This document shows positions 37,405-47,217 of a stretch of 64,000 nt of DNA, in pieces. The position numbers and the translations under genes were made by a program. The stretch spans positions 186,001 through 250,000 of IMG/VR virus record IMGVR_UViG_3300018080_008436. The stretch is one strand, 5' to 3'. Under the pieces are notes generated by a model. That model saw only the letters and a list, made by a program, of their open reading frames with translations. It did no database searches and was not told the DNA's origin. Numbering within the stretch: the stretch's first letter is position 1; every line of letters begins with the position of its first letter.

Positions 37405-37481
37405 TGGTGGGCTGGGTGGGACTTGAACCCACGACCAACGGAGTAAGAATCCGCGACTCTATCCAACTGAGTTACCAACCC
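37405..37481 (-). tRNA. tRNA-Lys(CTT)
   Basis: GCGGA-TTCTTAC-TCCGT; CCA. Confidence 0.92.
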
Positions 37482-37486
37482 ATTTT

Positions 37487-37561
37487 TGGTGGACCTGGAG
37501 AATTTTGAAATCTCGACCAACGGATTAAAAGTCCGCGACTCTGCCTCTGAGTTACAGGTCC
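37487..37561 (-). tRNA. tRNA-Lys(TTT)
   Basis: GCGGA-CTTTTAA-TCCGT; CCA. Confidence 0.9.
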
Positions 37562-37616
37562 AAAGTGAGAGAGCATATCTACTTCGAAGACTTAACAATA
37601 TGCTTTTAAACTCTCT

Positions 37617-37692
37617 TGGAGCCGCCTGACGGAATTGAACCGACATCCTCTGAGTACAAAACAGAGATAATAATCCTTTATACTAAGGCGGC
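37617..37692 (-). tRNA. tRNA-Thr(TGT)
   Basis: GCCGCCT/AGGCGGC; loop TTTGTAC with a U31-U39 mismatch; CCA. Confidence 0.85.
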
Positions 37693-37698
37693 GTCATA

Positions 37699-37770
37699 AG
37701 CCCTTGCCCAGCAACGATCTGGGACTAATCCCTTACGAGGGGATAGTTCTGCCAATTAAACTACAAGGGC
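37699..37770 (-). tRNA. tRNA-Thr(CGT)
   Basis: ATCCC-CTCGTAA-GGGAT; atypical T loop ATCGTTG; no encoded CCA. Confidence 0.8.
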
Positions 37771-37798
37771 ATCTTACTTAAATTTTCAAAGATCATTC

Positions 37799-37873
37799 TG
37801 GAGCATCCAATCGGACTCGAACCGATAACCCCCTCCTTACCATGGAGGAATTCTACCATTGAACTATGGATGC
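37799..37873 (-). tRNA. tRNA-Thr(GGT)
   Basis: CCTCC-ATGGTAA-GGAGG; CCA. Confidence 0.9.
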
Positions 37874-37881
37874 ATAGGCAC

Positions 37882-37915
37882 AAAAAAACCCGAAGTCTTT
37901 ATCGGACTTCGGGTT
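37882..37915 (-). terminator. attenuator terminator B
   Basis: AACCCGAAGTC-CGATAAA-GACTTCGGGTT-TTTTT. Confidence 0.9.
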
Positions 37916-37937
37916 GGTCAGTATCTTTACGTTCAGG

Positions 37938-38015
37938 TCAAGACAACAAACCTCCCGAAGCCACGCGTTTCTTCGTGGTTTTGGTTGTTTTAGTTGTCTT
38001 GGTTGTAGCGTACAT
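37938..38015 (-). CDS. putative attenuator leader peptide MYATTKTTKTTKTTKKRVASGGLLS
   Basis: TAAGGA SD; codons 4-16 are all Thr (8) or Lys (5); precedes the terminator and the Thr/Lys tRNAs. Confidence 0.9.
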   Translation of the reverse strand: MYATTKTTKTTKTTKKRVASGGLLS

Positions 38016-38087
38016 TTTTAAAATTCCTTATCTTCATTTAATTGAAGTTTATGAGCATTGTTCATTAAACTCGCTCAAGTTACCCCT

Positions 38088-38115
38088 ATTATAAGCTATG
38101 TTTGGAGCTTTTCAA
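38088..38115 (-). promoter_or_regulatory. promoter of the Thr/Lys tRNA operon
   Basis: TTGAAA-AGCTCCAAACATAGCT-TATAAT. Confidence 0.85.
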
Positions 38116-38139
38116 GCGCAACTGAGATTTTTTTTGAAA

Positions 38140-39348
38140 TTATGGACAAGTCTCGTTTCCAACAGTAGGAACGTATGATGGCGCACCTTTCCATCCTGCC
38201 CAAGTATCAGTTCCAACACCATTAGCTTGGAGTGCATCCCACTTAATGGTCAAATTACCATATGACCCCAAACTAGAAGCATCAAATGTAACGAATGTAA
38301 AACTGCTATTGGGAATAACTGTGGTTGAAGTTAGTGTACCTACATAAACTCCAGCAGAAATCCTGTTGTTATATTGAGAGTTTGTTCCCAAATTGATCCA
38401 TACATGATGGTAAATATTGCTTCTTAAATAACAAGCAACTTTTTGAAATGTGGAATAAGATCCGCCAATTCTTAATTGCATTGATCCATTATAAGTGTTA
38501 TTCCAAGATTCTGCTGGACTATTGCTATACGTACCTGGACATATTATTTTTGATTCTCCATTGTACCATGAGACGAATCCTGTCCCATCATGCAACCAGT
38601 TAATGCTGTTTGCCGTTCCAGTCCAACAAAGAGTAACTTTCATTCTAGGATCTGAATTCCCCCCACACATAATTTTGGGCAATGGAGGTCCATCACTTTC
38701 TGAAGAACTTGAGGAACTATCTGGAGGTAAACCAGAACTGGAAGATTCAGAGTATGAACTCTCAGAGTATGAACTGGAAGATTCAGAGTATGAAGATTCA
38801 GAATATGAACTGGATGATTCAGAATATGAACTTTCGGAGTATGAACTGCTAGACTCTGAAGAATTGCACCCTCCTTCACATACTTCTATTACTTCTCCCT
38901 CTGTGTAATTTAGATATGCTCCTGGAGTTGCTAAGACAATTGCATCCTCACTACCCCAATTTGTATAAGTCCCTTCATCAAATCCATTAATACAGACAGT
39001 TCCCTCTGAGATATTGCCAAAAAGAGTTGGTGGAGAAAACCAAAGGGTATTTTTAACTTCTGATATCCCACCAATTGTTACGTTAACACATTCAATAGAG
39101 CTTGAAGAAGATGGTGCGGCCAAAGATTCTGAAGAAGATGATCCTCCACCAAAAGACTCTGAAGATTCAGACAAAAGGCTCTCGGAGGAAGAGCTTGCGA
39201 GTTCACAAGCCAAACAGGAATCAAAAGTACCCTCAATCTCAAATGGGAAAGCATTTCTTGGTTTTGTTGTTTCACCAGAGAATTTGTAACATTGACCATC
39301 TATCTTTATAGATGATCCTTGATAATCATCAAATACTTTGCTTGACAT
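38140..39348 (-). CDS. Ser-linker protein with shared N-terminal module
   Basis: MSSKVFDDYQGSSIKIDGQCYKFSGET...SCLACELASSSS. Confidence 0.8.
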   Translation of the reverse strand: MSSKVFDDYQGSSIKIDGQCYKFSGETTKPRNAFPFEIEGTFDSCLACELASSSSESLLSESSESFGGGSSSSESLAAPSSSSSIECVNVTIGGISEVKNTLWFSPPTLFGNISEGTVCINGFDEGTYTNWGSEDAIVLATPGAYLNYTEGEVIEVCEGGCNSSESSSSYSESSYSESSSSYSESSYSESSSSYSESSYSESSSSGLPPDSSSSSSESDGPPLPKIMCGGNSDPRMKVTLCWTGTANSINWLHDGTGFVSWYNGESKIICPGTYSNSPAESWNNTYNGSMQLRIGGSYSTFQKVACYLRSNIYHHVWINLGTNSQYNNRISAGVYVGTLTSTTVIPNSSFTFVTFDASSLGSYGNLTIKWDALQANGVGTDTWAGWKGAPSYVPTVGNETCP

Positions 39349-39413
39349 AATTGGGATTCCAGCACATTTTGTTTCGAAATATTTTTCTTTGTGCTATACC
39401 CAAATACCTGCAA

Positions 39414-39605
39414 TTATTTTTTGGATCGTTCCCTATTTAACGACTCTCTAAGGGAATAAGTGTCGAAGGCCATGACCGAAATCATTTCAAGCATTACTTG
39501 ATCCAAAGGCTTATAGCCACCTTTATACAATTTTAGTAAACTCTCTACGTGATAATTATGTTTGGCGATTCTCTCCAATTCCCCTAACAGCTTCCTCTTC
39601 CTCAT
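39414..39605 (-). CDS. hypothetical protein
   Basis: 63 aa, overlaps the upstream ORF. Confidence 0.5.
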   Translation of the reverse strand: MRKRKLLGELERIAKHNYHVESLLKLYKGGYKPLDQVMLEMISVMAFDTYSLRESLNRERSKK

Positions 39606-40005
39606 TTGTACCAGCCATTAGTTTAATCCTTTTCTTTGTTTTCTCGATAACGTCAGCAAACTTTGAACCCCCAAAAGGGCAATAGTGACATTCCATGTCT
39701 TTATTCCTCATTTCCCTCATCATAACCTTTGCTCCACGCAAATTTAATGAGTGAACAATGATAGATAATTTCTTATTTGGAGTCTCATGAAGTCGTCTTG
39801 CAACAGTAGCCCCAGTATTAAATTCATCACTATCTACATACTGTCTTCCCTCAAGATCATGATCTAGGAAAATATAGTCATACTTATTGGTATTTAGCCA
39901 CTCCATTGCAAGGTCAACTTGGTCAGTAATGTCTAACTGACATGGTAAATGCTCTCTAAAAATTGCGATTCTTCTTGGGTCATCTTCCAGGATAAAAACT
40001 CTCAT
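39556..40005 (-). CDS. stand-alone receiver-like domain (cyclic-phosphate-processing receiver type)
   Basis: MRVFILEDDPRR...YIFLDHDLEG...IIVHSLN..G..M pattern. Confidence 0.65.
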   Translation of the reverse strand: MRVFILEDDPRRIAIFREHLPCQLDITDQVDLAMEWLNTNKYDYIFLDHDLEGRQYVDSDEFNTGATVARRLHETPNKKLSIIVHSLNLRGAKVMMREMRNKDMECHYCPFGGSKFADVIEKTKKRIKLMAGTNEEEEAVRGIGENRQT

Positions 40006-40400
40006 TGTATCTCCTTTATGAATTCTTCATCTTCCATTAATTCATCCATTGCTTTTTCGACCTTATCTGCCGTTTTCTCCAACAGAAACTCTCTAAGCAA
40101 AGGTATGGCCATTATAAAATATAAAACGCCATACTTTCCAAATTGCCATTTATGATGCAATTCATGGGCGACAACACTCACGAGCATCTCTGGAGCATCT
40201 TTCCCATAATGAATTAGGTTTATCTCTGATGGTTTCTTCCAATCAAAACTGCCTAATATACCATTATTAGCATCATATTTCTCATTCCAATATATCTTCA
40301 CACCTGAAGGGTCAGCAATTGGGTAAGGCAACCTGTCTTTGGCCTTAGAAATAATTTTTACGAAATATTCTTGTTCCTTTTGAGTTAGTTCTTGTTTCAT
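40002..40400 (-). CDS. putative zinc metallopeptidase
   Basis: VVAHELHH (HExxH) motif. Confidence 0.55.
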   Translation of the reverse strand: MKQELTQKEQEYFVKIISKAKDRLPYPIADPSGVKIYWNEKYDANNGILGSFDWKKPSEINLIHYGKDAPEMLVSVVAHELHHKWQFGKYGVLYFIMAIPLLREFLLEKTADKVEKAMDELMEDEEFIKEIQ

Positions 40401-40536
40401 TCCCCGAACCCCCTATAAATTCTCTAATACTATTATAACTTCAAAAATACATATTCCAAGAGCCACAACAAAAAAGACCATAGATACCTATGGTCTTTAA
40501 ATTAGTGTTTTATTGATAGAGTTTAGAGTTTAGAGT

Positions 40537-40803
40537 TTAGAGTTTAGAATCTCTAAGGGCTGTAAGGGCATCAATCCTACCTTGCATTAAAGTGATTCTG
40601 TCATTTAACTGTTCAACCGTCAATTGACTTAATTGAGCCTGTCTAATAATTGGTCTGATGACTTGAGCAGTATATTTGGCGATCAAATCTCTTCTTACTC
40701 TACCAGGCTTTTCATCAGGATAATCGTTTGTAACGATGTCCTGTAAAGTTCTTCCGCCTTCAAGTTTAGTTTTTACATCTTCAAGTTGAGTATCATTTAA
40801 CAT
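40537..40803 (-). CDS. hypothetical protein
   Basis: 88 aa with coiled-coil C-terminus, followed by an (AGAGTTT)4 repeat near 40517-40545. Confidence 0.6.
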   Translation of the reverse strand: MLNDTQLEDVKTKLEGGRTLQDIVTNDYPDEKPGRVRRDLIAKYTAQVIRPIIRQAQLSQLTVEQLNDRITLMQGRIDALTALRDSKL

Positions 40804-40876
40804 TTTTAATCCTCTAATTTTGAATTTTGATTAATATTTTTGTTTCTAATTATACAAAGAAAATCCTTTATGAATT

Positions 40877-41863
40877 TTATGGTGGACTACTCTTATATGG
40901 ATGTCCAGTTGGTAAACTTCCTTCTTGGCCCCACTTCCAAGCGAGATATCCCTCAACCTCTTGACGCTCTGTGTTTGTTAGTGCCTTTCTATAAACAAGA
41001 ACCTCTGCATAATCTGCTTGCATGAAGTTACTATATCCCTCATTCAGTGCGCCCAAGGTAAGTGTAGAGCTATAGTTCGGAATAGATGTGCTAGTTTCTG
41101 TACTTGTTTTACTTAAGCTACCGTCCACATACAATTTTGATCTTTGAGAAGCGATCAAAGATCCGTCAAATACTGTTTCCATCATATAAACCGTTCCACT
41201 ACTGAAAGTTTGAGGATCGGAATCCCACCTATCCCCAATACCGTTAATATCGATATATACATAACTATCATTCCAATAGAACATGCCATAAGCGTATTCC
41301 CCGAATTCGCCAAAACCAGTGCGCTTAGCGATAATGCCATCTGGATCTCCACTTAAAGTTGGTTTTAGCATTACCAATATTGTTAATCCTGAAGTTCCGT
41401 CTAAAGTGTCATCGTCTGGAACAACCAATATGTCTGAAACTCCATCAAATCTAACGACATATTTTCCATCTAAGGCATTTGAGACATATGTGGGTTGATC
41501 AGTACCCGTACCTTGAGCCGCATGGTTTTCATTCCCTGATTTATCGTCCCATTGACTAACGAATCCTCCTGATTCAGTAATCGTATCAGAGTCGTCTGCA
41601 TCAAGCCACAGAACTAAATTTGATATATCGGACGGCATAAATCCATCTGAACTCGAAGAACTACTTGAAGATACGTTGTTGAAACTTTCAGAGCTTTCTG
41701 AAGAACTTGATTCTAGAGCACACTCTAGACAAGAATCAAAAGTTCCACCTACTTCAGATGGATCAGTATCAACTGGGGCCAAGGTTTCTCCTACAAAAAG
41801 ATAACATTCTCCATTTATTTTAATTGAAAGCCCTTGGTAATCTTGTAAAATCTTATCTGCCAT
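40877..41863 (-). CDS. shared N-module + LamG/concanavalin-like protein (paralog 6 of 6)
   Basis: LWLDADD...SQWDDKSGN...EVLVYRKAL...VEGYLAWKWG; 1-nt stop/start overlap. Confidence 0.82.
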   Translation of the reverse strand: MADKILQDYQGLSIKINGECYLFVGETLAPVDTDPSEVGGTFDSCLECALESSSSESSESFNNVSSSSSSSSDGFMPSDISNLVLWLDADDSDTITESGGFVSQWDDKSGNENHAAQGTGTDQPTYVSNALDGKYVVRFDGVSDILVVPDDDTLDGTSGLTILVMLKPTLSGDPDGIIAKRTGFGEFGEYAYGMFYWNDSYVYIDINGIGDRWDSDPQTFSSGTVYMMETVFDGSLIASQRSKLYVDGSLSKTSTETSTSIPNYSSTLTLGALNEGYSNFMQADYAEVLVYRKALTNTERQEVEGYLAWKWGQEGSLPTGHPYKSSPP

Positions 41864-42822
41864 TATGGTGCCGCTCCTTTGTATGGATGTGTTAACGGTA
41901 AATTATCTTCTAGCCCCCATTTCCAAGCAAGATAGCCTTCTAATTTTTGTCTGGTGTCAGTTGTTATATCGTTCTCAATAACGATTATCTCGCAAATGTA
42001 TCCATCCAAACGTTCGGTTGCTCTGTCAGCGACTCCCATTCCTTGAGAAGCGGTATTTGAAGTATTTCCTGCGGTTTGAAATGCTGTTGGCCCAGAAAGC
42101 GTTCCGTCATAAGTCGAATATACTTGTGCATTAGCCCAATCTGCAATAGAAACAAACATATGTGGGTCTGTATCGGTTGTTTGCCAAAAAATTTCTAAAT
42201 AGGAATCACTATCTAATCTTCTACCAGCAGTACCCAGGTCTCCAGCTTCAACCTGATGCTTTAATCTTGTGGAACCACTATTCTGATAAACCTCAAATAG
42301 AATATTTGTCCCAGTAATAACATCCTTCTTGTGAACAGTTAAAATCATAGCAGAAGGAACGTTTTGTAGATAAGCACCCGACCCGATAGCAATACTGTCA
42401 TCTCCATCAAAGTCTATTACATTTAAGCCATTTTGCGTTGTGGCACCAGTAGTTGGCTGTTCGGCACCAGTTCCTTGAGTTAAATGATAATCATTTCCTG
42501 ATTTATCATCCCATTGACTAACACTCCCTCCAGAATCAGTAATGGTATCTGTATCAGCCGCATCATACCAACCTAGCAATGTCAATTCTGCTGGGGTGAA
42601 ACCTCTACTTGATGAGCTACTTGATGAAGATACATTGTTAAAACTTTCAGAACTTTCTGAAGAGCTAGATTCTAAAGCACACTCTAAACAAGAATCGTAA
42701 GTTCCACCTATCTCTGAAGGGTCAGTGTCAACTGGAGCAGTCGTTTCCCCTACAAAAAGATAACATTCTCCATTTATCTTTATTGAAGGTCCCTGATATT
42801 GTTGTAAAATTTTATCTTCCAT
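41863..42822 (-). CDS. shared N-module + LamG-like protein (5 of 6)
   Basis: GWYDAADTDTITDSGGSVSQWDDKSGN. Confidence 0.82.
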   Translation of the reverse strand: MEDKILQQYQGPSIKINGECYLFVGETTAPVDTDPSEIGGTYDSCLECALESSSSESSESFNNVSSSSSSSSRGFTPAELTLLGWYDAADTDTITDSGGSVSQWDDKSGNDYHLTQGTGAEQPTTGATTQNGLNVIDFDGDDSIAIGSGAYLQNVPSAMILTVHKKDVITGTNILFEVYQNSGSTRLKHQVEAGDLGTAGRRLDSDSYLEIFWQTTDTDPHMFVSIADWANAQVYSTYDGTLSGPTAFQTAGNTSNTASQGMGVADRATERLDGYICEIIVIENDITTDTRQKLEGYLAWKWGLEDNLPLTHPYKGAAP

Positions 42823-43787
42823 TATGGTGGCGCTCCTTTATATGGATGATCTGATGGTAAATTATCTTCTAGACTCCATTTCCAGGCCAAATAACCTTCG
42901 AGTTTTTGTCTTGTATCCAAAGTCTCGTCTTCAACAACTATTAACTCCCCAATAGCTCCATCAAAACGTTTATTTCCTCCCCCAACATCTCCATCCCCGA
43001 TCTCAAATAACTGAGTTGTATCATTGGGAATAGAAGTTGGGTTCGTTTGAACAGACTCAGCTTGCTCAACCCCATTCACAAAACATCTAGCATCTCCATA
43101 TGTCCCACCCTGAGGTCTTGTCATTACAGTTATGGTAGGGGTACTAAGAGTTACTGGTGTATATTTGTCATTACCATTATTATATCTCCAAGCCCATCCA
43201 TCAGAACCAACAGACACCTTAATTGAATTTGTGACATTTCCACTAAAACCACACCAACGATCATCTGAAGTTACACTACTATCAACCACTATGACTACGG
43301 CAATCATAACATCAGGGTTAGCTCCAAGACCAAGTCTTGAATTTATAGATAATTCTTTTTGTGGGAAATCTAGAATATTTAACCCATTTATATTTCTTGT
43401 TCCTGTAATTGGTTGATCTGATCCGCTTCCTTGAGTTACATCATAATTATTCCCAGACTTGTCGTCCCATTGACTTACATTTCCACCTGAATCCGTTATG
43501 GTGTCAGAATCTGTTGCGTCCCACCAACCAACAGGACTGACATCTAATGGATTAAACCCTCTACTTGATGAAGAACTGCTAGAAGAAACATTATTAAAAC
43601 TCTCCGAACTGTCTGAGGAACTAGAAGTACTTGATTCCAATGTACACTCAAGACAAGAGTCAAAAACCCCACCTATTTCAGATGGATCTGCATTAATTGC
43701 TTCAGTTGTCTCTTCAACAAATAAATAGCATTGTCCATCTATCTTAACTGAAGCCCCCTGATAATCTTGAAATATCTTAACTGACAT
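42822..43787 (-). CDS. shared N-module + LamG-like protein (4 of 6)
   Basis: Start MSVKIFQDYQG at 43787 (TAATG overlap). Confidence 0.82.
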   Translation of the reverse strand: MSVKIFQDYQGASVKIDGQCYLFVEETTEAINADPSEIGGVFDSCLECTLESSTSSSSDSSESFNNVSSSSSSSSRGFNPLDVSPVGWWDATDSDTITDSGGNVSQWDDKSGNNYDVTQGSGSDQPITGTRNINGLNILDFPQKELSINSRLGLGANPDVMIAVVIVVDSSVTSDDRWCGFSGNVTNSIKVSVGSDGWAWRYNNGNDKYTPVTLSTPTITVMTRPQGGTYGDARCFVNGVEQAESVQTNPTSIPNDTTQLFEIGDGDVGGGNKRFDGAIGELIVVEDETLDTRQKLEGYLAWKWSLEDNLPSDHPYKGAPP

Positions 43788-44668
43788 TATGGAACCCACT
43801 TATTATTCAAATAATTAATCACAGTATCTTGCTCAGAACTTGTCAAATCTTCGTTATAGAAAATCAATTCGCAAAGAGCCATTTTTAAATACCTAACATT
43901 CCCTGAGATAGGATCACCACCTATACGGATGTTGTTATAAACTGATCCTGCAATTGTTGAACCTCTCTGAAACTTAGAAACTTGTATCTGATCAAAAGTA
44001 AAACTAGCTGATGCAACTCCATTAACTTCAAAATCACCATCTGTATAACAAAAATCATTGGCATCATTTGTTGGTCTCCAAGCCGCAACAGTTCCACTAG
44101 CTAGTCGAATGTTACCTCTATCGCCTGCATTTGAGACCAAACCACTACAACATCCAGTATTTGGCTGACCAGACTTTACAATGACTGCCGCAAAGACCCA
44201 CTCCATATCTGTAACATTAATAGAATTCCTTTGCAGAAAATCATTTGAACCATCAAAAGTTAAAGTGTTAAGATTATTTTGAGTTTCCAATTCTGTTTGA
44301 GGCTGATTCGACCCAGTTCCCTGAGTTACATGGAAATTGTTTCCTGATTTATCATCCCATTGACTAACAAATCCACCTGAATCGGTTATAGTGTCCGTAT
44401 CAGATGCGTCATACCACAAAGACAAGCCTGGGATATCATATGGGAAGAAGCCACTTGATGACGAACTGGAAGAAGAAGTATTTCCTATGCTTTCAGAACT
44501 GTCTGAAGAACTTGATTCTAGAGCACACTCTAAACACGAACTAAAAGTCCCACCTACCTCTGATGGATCGGTATCTACTGGAGCAGTTGTTTCTCCTACA
44601 AAAAGATAACACTCTCCGTTTATCTTAATTGAAGGACCTTGATATTCTTGTAAGATTTTATCATCCAT
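43787..44668 (-). CDS. shared N-module + LamG-like protein (3 of 6)
   Basis: Start MDDKILQEYQG at 44668 (TAATG overlap). Confidence 0.82.
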   Translation of the reverse strand: MDDKILQEYQGPSIKINGECYLFVGETTAPVDTDPSEVGGTFSSCLECALESSSSDSSESIGNTSSSSSSSSGFFPYDIPGLSLWYDASDTDTITDSGGFVSQWDDKSGNNFHVTQGTGSNQPQTELETQNNLNTLTFDGSNDFLQRNSINVTDMEWVFAAVIVKSGQPNTGCCSGLVSNAGDRGNIRLASGTVAAWRPTNDANDFCYTDGDFEVNGVASASFTFDQIQVSKFQRGSTIAGSVYNNIRIGGDPISGNVRYLKMALCELIFYNEDLTSSEQDTVINYLNNKWVP

Positions 44669-45534
44669 TATATGCCCCACTTATCAGACAAATAATCTTC
44701 CACTTGTAATCTCTCACTAGTCGTTAAAGCTCTATTGTATATTATTATTTCTCCAATATCACCATTAAAAGTCTCCCCAATACGCAAACTATAATTAGAT
44801 GGGTTGGCAAAATCATTTGTTGTTAAGTCGCTGAACTGGGAGGTTCCATTCATCCAAACATTCTGGCCAACACCATCTTCATTCCTCATGGTAAAATAAT
44901 TCCAGTTATTACCTCCAGTCCAAGACCACTGACACCTTCCTCCAGCACTCCATTCTCCAAAATCGAAATACCCATCACCAGTACTCCACGTCAAGTGACA
45001 TCCAATTCTATTTACTTCTCTTGGATTTGAAAAAATTGGATAGCTTGCTGTAGTTACGCTTCTTTTCTGAACGATGAACATTGTTATATCATCTTGAGGC
45101 CATGTATATGGATCTTTATCCATGTAATCTCCCCCATCCCATCTAATAATATTATTGCCATTTTGAACATTTGTTTGATAGGTTGGTTGTAACGAACCAG
45201 TCCCTTGAGTAACATCATTGTCATTACCTGATTTGTCATCCCATTGACTAACACTGCCAGAGGATTCTGTTATGGTATTAGAATCAGCCGCGTCAAGCCA
45301 CAATTGAATGTCTGCAATATCATATGGGAAGAAACCACTCGAACTGGAAGAAGAACTTGAATCCAACGAACTTGATGAACTTTCTAGAGTACACTCCAAA
45401 CAAGAATCATAGGTCCCTCCAATCTCAGATGGGTCAGCATTAATACTTTCAGTTGTTTCCTCAACAAATATATAACACTGCCCATCGATTTTAACAGAAA
45501 AGCCTTGATAATTTTGAAATATCTTAACTGACAT
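44668..45534 (-). CDS. shared N-module + LamG-like protein (2 of 6)
   Basis: Start MSVKIFQNYQG at 45534 (TGATG overlap). Confidence 0.82.
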   Translation of the reverse strand: MSVKIFQNYQGFSVKIDGQCYIFVEETTESINADPSEIGGTYDSCLECTLESSSSSLDSSSSSSSSGFFPYDIADIQLWLDAADSNTITESSGSVSQWDDKSGNDNDVTQGTGSLQPTYQTNVQNGNNIIRWDGGDYMDKDPYTWPQDDITMFIVQKRSVTTASYPIFSNPREVNRIGCHLTWSTGDGYFDFGEWSAGGRCQWSWTGGNNWNYFTMRNEDGVGQNVWMNGTSQFSDLTTNDFANPSNYSLRIGETFNGDIGEIIIYNRALTTSERLQVEDYLSDKWGI

Positions 45535-46457
45535 CAGATTCCCCACTTATCCATTAAATAATTTTCAACAGTAATTCTTTCACCATCTGTTAAATCTCTA
45601 TCATAAATAACAACTTCTCCACAATAGAACCTGGCATAAGCATTGTTCCCTCGATTAACTCCTAATCTAATTCTACTTGAAAAAAGACTAAAAGTATCAT
45701 TTCTAGTTGAGCCTGTTTGACTACCGTTTAAAAAGGCTTTTTGTTGAGATCCTGTATTCCAAGCTGTAAAAAGATATCTAGTATTATTAACTGGACTTCC
45801 ATATGTTATCTGCCTTTGAGTTGTGGTAGCATCATGATATCTATAGTCCATATTAGCTGACCCTGCAAAACTTAACTGTAATGCTCCAGCAAAATTAAAT
45901 ACATTATGACTACTATATATACCATCATTAGTGTCAAATGGAGAGAACGCAGTAACAGCCATAAAAATTGTAAATGCTCCTGATGGACTTGCAGATAAGT
46001 TTTCCATATCATCATCAACTCCATCAAAAAACATACAGCCAAGGCCATTAAAACCAGAAGAAAGATATTGAGGTTGTTTGGTTCCAGTCCCTTGAGTTAA
46101 ATCCCACCCTCCAGTCCATTTGTCATCAATTTGGGAAATAGATCCTGCTGACTCTGTAATCGTATTAGAATCTGATGCATCATACCAAGCATAAAGGTTG
46201 TTGATGTCATATGGGTAGAAACCACTTGAGGAAGAGCTACTGGAAGAAACATTATTGAAACTCTCAGAACTTTCCGAAGAACTAGAAGTACTTGAAGAAC
46301 TAGACTCTAATTCACATTGAAGACAAGAGTCGTAAATTCCACCAATCTCAGATGGGTCAGCATTAATTGCTTCGGTAGTTTCCTCAACGAATATATAACA
46401 CTGCCCATCGATTTTAACAGAAGAGCCTTGGTAATCTTGAAATATCTTGACTGACAT
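45534..46457 (-). CDS. shared N-module + LamG-like protein (1 of 6)
   Basis: AWYDASD...EVVIYDRDLT...VENYLMDKWG. Confidence 0.82.
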   Translation of the reverse strand: MSVKIFQDYQGSSVKIDGQCYIFVEETTEAINADPSEIGGIYDSCLQCELESSSSSTSSSSESSESFNNVSSSSSSSSGFYPYDINNLYAWYDASDSNTITESAGSISQIDDKWTGGWDLTQGTGTKQPQYLSSGFNGLGCMFFDGVDDDMENLSASPSGAFTIFMAVTAFSPFDTNDGIYSSHNVFNFAGALQLSFAGSANMDYRYHDATTTQRQITYGSPVNNTRYLFTAWNTGSQQKAFLNGSQTGSTRNDTFSLFSSRIRLGVNRGNNAYARFYCGEVVIYDRDLTDGERITVENYLMDKWGI

Positions 46458-46499
46458 TAGTATAAAAAGTTTTGATTGTCTCGATATTTATTTCAAGAT

Positions 46500-47217
46500 T
46501 TACCCTCTTAACCCCTTGCTGATTTTGGAATACTCATCATAGATCAGGTTCAATTTCCCTTTCATAATATCTTGGGGTCTGAACTTTTTCTTTATTCTTT
46601 CGTCCTTAACTCTACTCTCAATGAAATTATAGGTTCTAACCCTGGTCCCTCTGCCCATGTCTCCTATTTGCTCTCTACGTTTATTATTATGATCGTTATG
46701 GTCCTTTGCGCCTTGCATGGCGTTAATACGGCTAGTAACGACTGAGAGAGCTATTTGACGGTTTCTGTGCTGATTCTTGGTATTGGCGCAAGCAGATATG
46801 CCAGTAGGCTTATGAGTTATCTTGACATTAGAGGCAGTTCTATTCCTATGTTGACCACCAGGACCTCCACCACAGAAACATTCAATTTCGAAATCAGCCA
46901 TATTTAACTGATATTCGTAACATTCTGTGTATGGAAGAACTGCAACAGCAATAGTAGAGGTATGTCGTCTACCTTTTGACTCTGTGGGGGGACACCTCTG
47001 AACGCGATGTATGCCGCTTTCTAAAGAGAACTTATTGGTGAGATTTTTGCCTGACAACAGGAATGAATATGAAGAAACAGAATGGCTAAAGACAATCCAT
47101 GGAGATGTCTTCTGCCTTACAATACCCTTGGTACATTTTTACCATGTCTACTAAGAAAAGTTTGGAGTCTTCTCCACCTTCTCCAGCTTTGAGTTCGAGT
47201 ACAATTTGTTCTTTCAT
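46500..47217 (-). CDS. RF1-type peptide chain release factor homolog lacking domain 1, joined by a +1 frameshift at CTT-TAG-C (47091-47085)
   Basis: Frame 0 from ATG 47217 (AGGAGG SD): MKEQIVLELKAGEGGEDSKLF...DCL-stop. The +1 frame continues ...ESGIHRVQRCPPTESKGRRHTST (PxT)...GGPGGQHRN (GGQ)...RTYNF. About 238 aa in total. Confidence 0.85.

Noticed and set aside
37562-37616. Hairpin in the spacer between tRNA-Thr(TGT) and tRNA-Lys(TTT)
   Set aside because: It is a single AT-rich stem without the shared GCAA motif; not enough support for a separate RNA.
40517-40545. (AGAGTTT)4 microsatellite
   Set aside because: It lies at a gene end with no evident regulatory context and is probably slippage.
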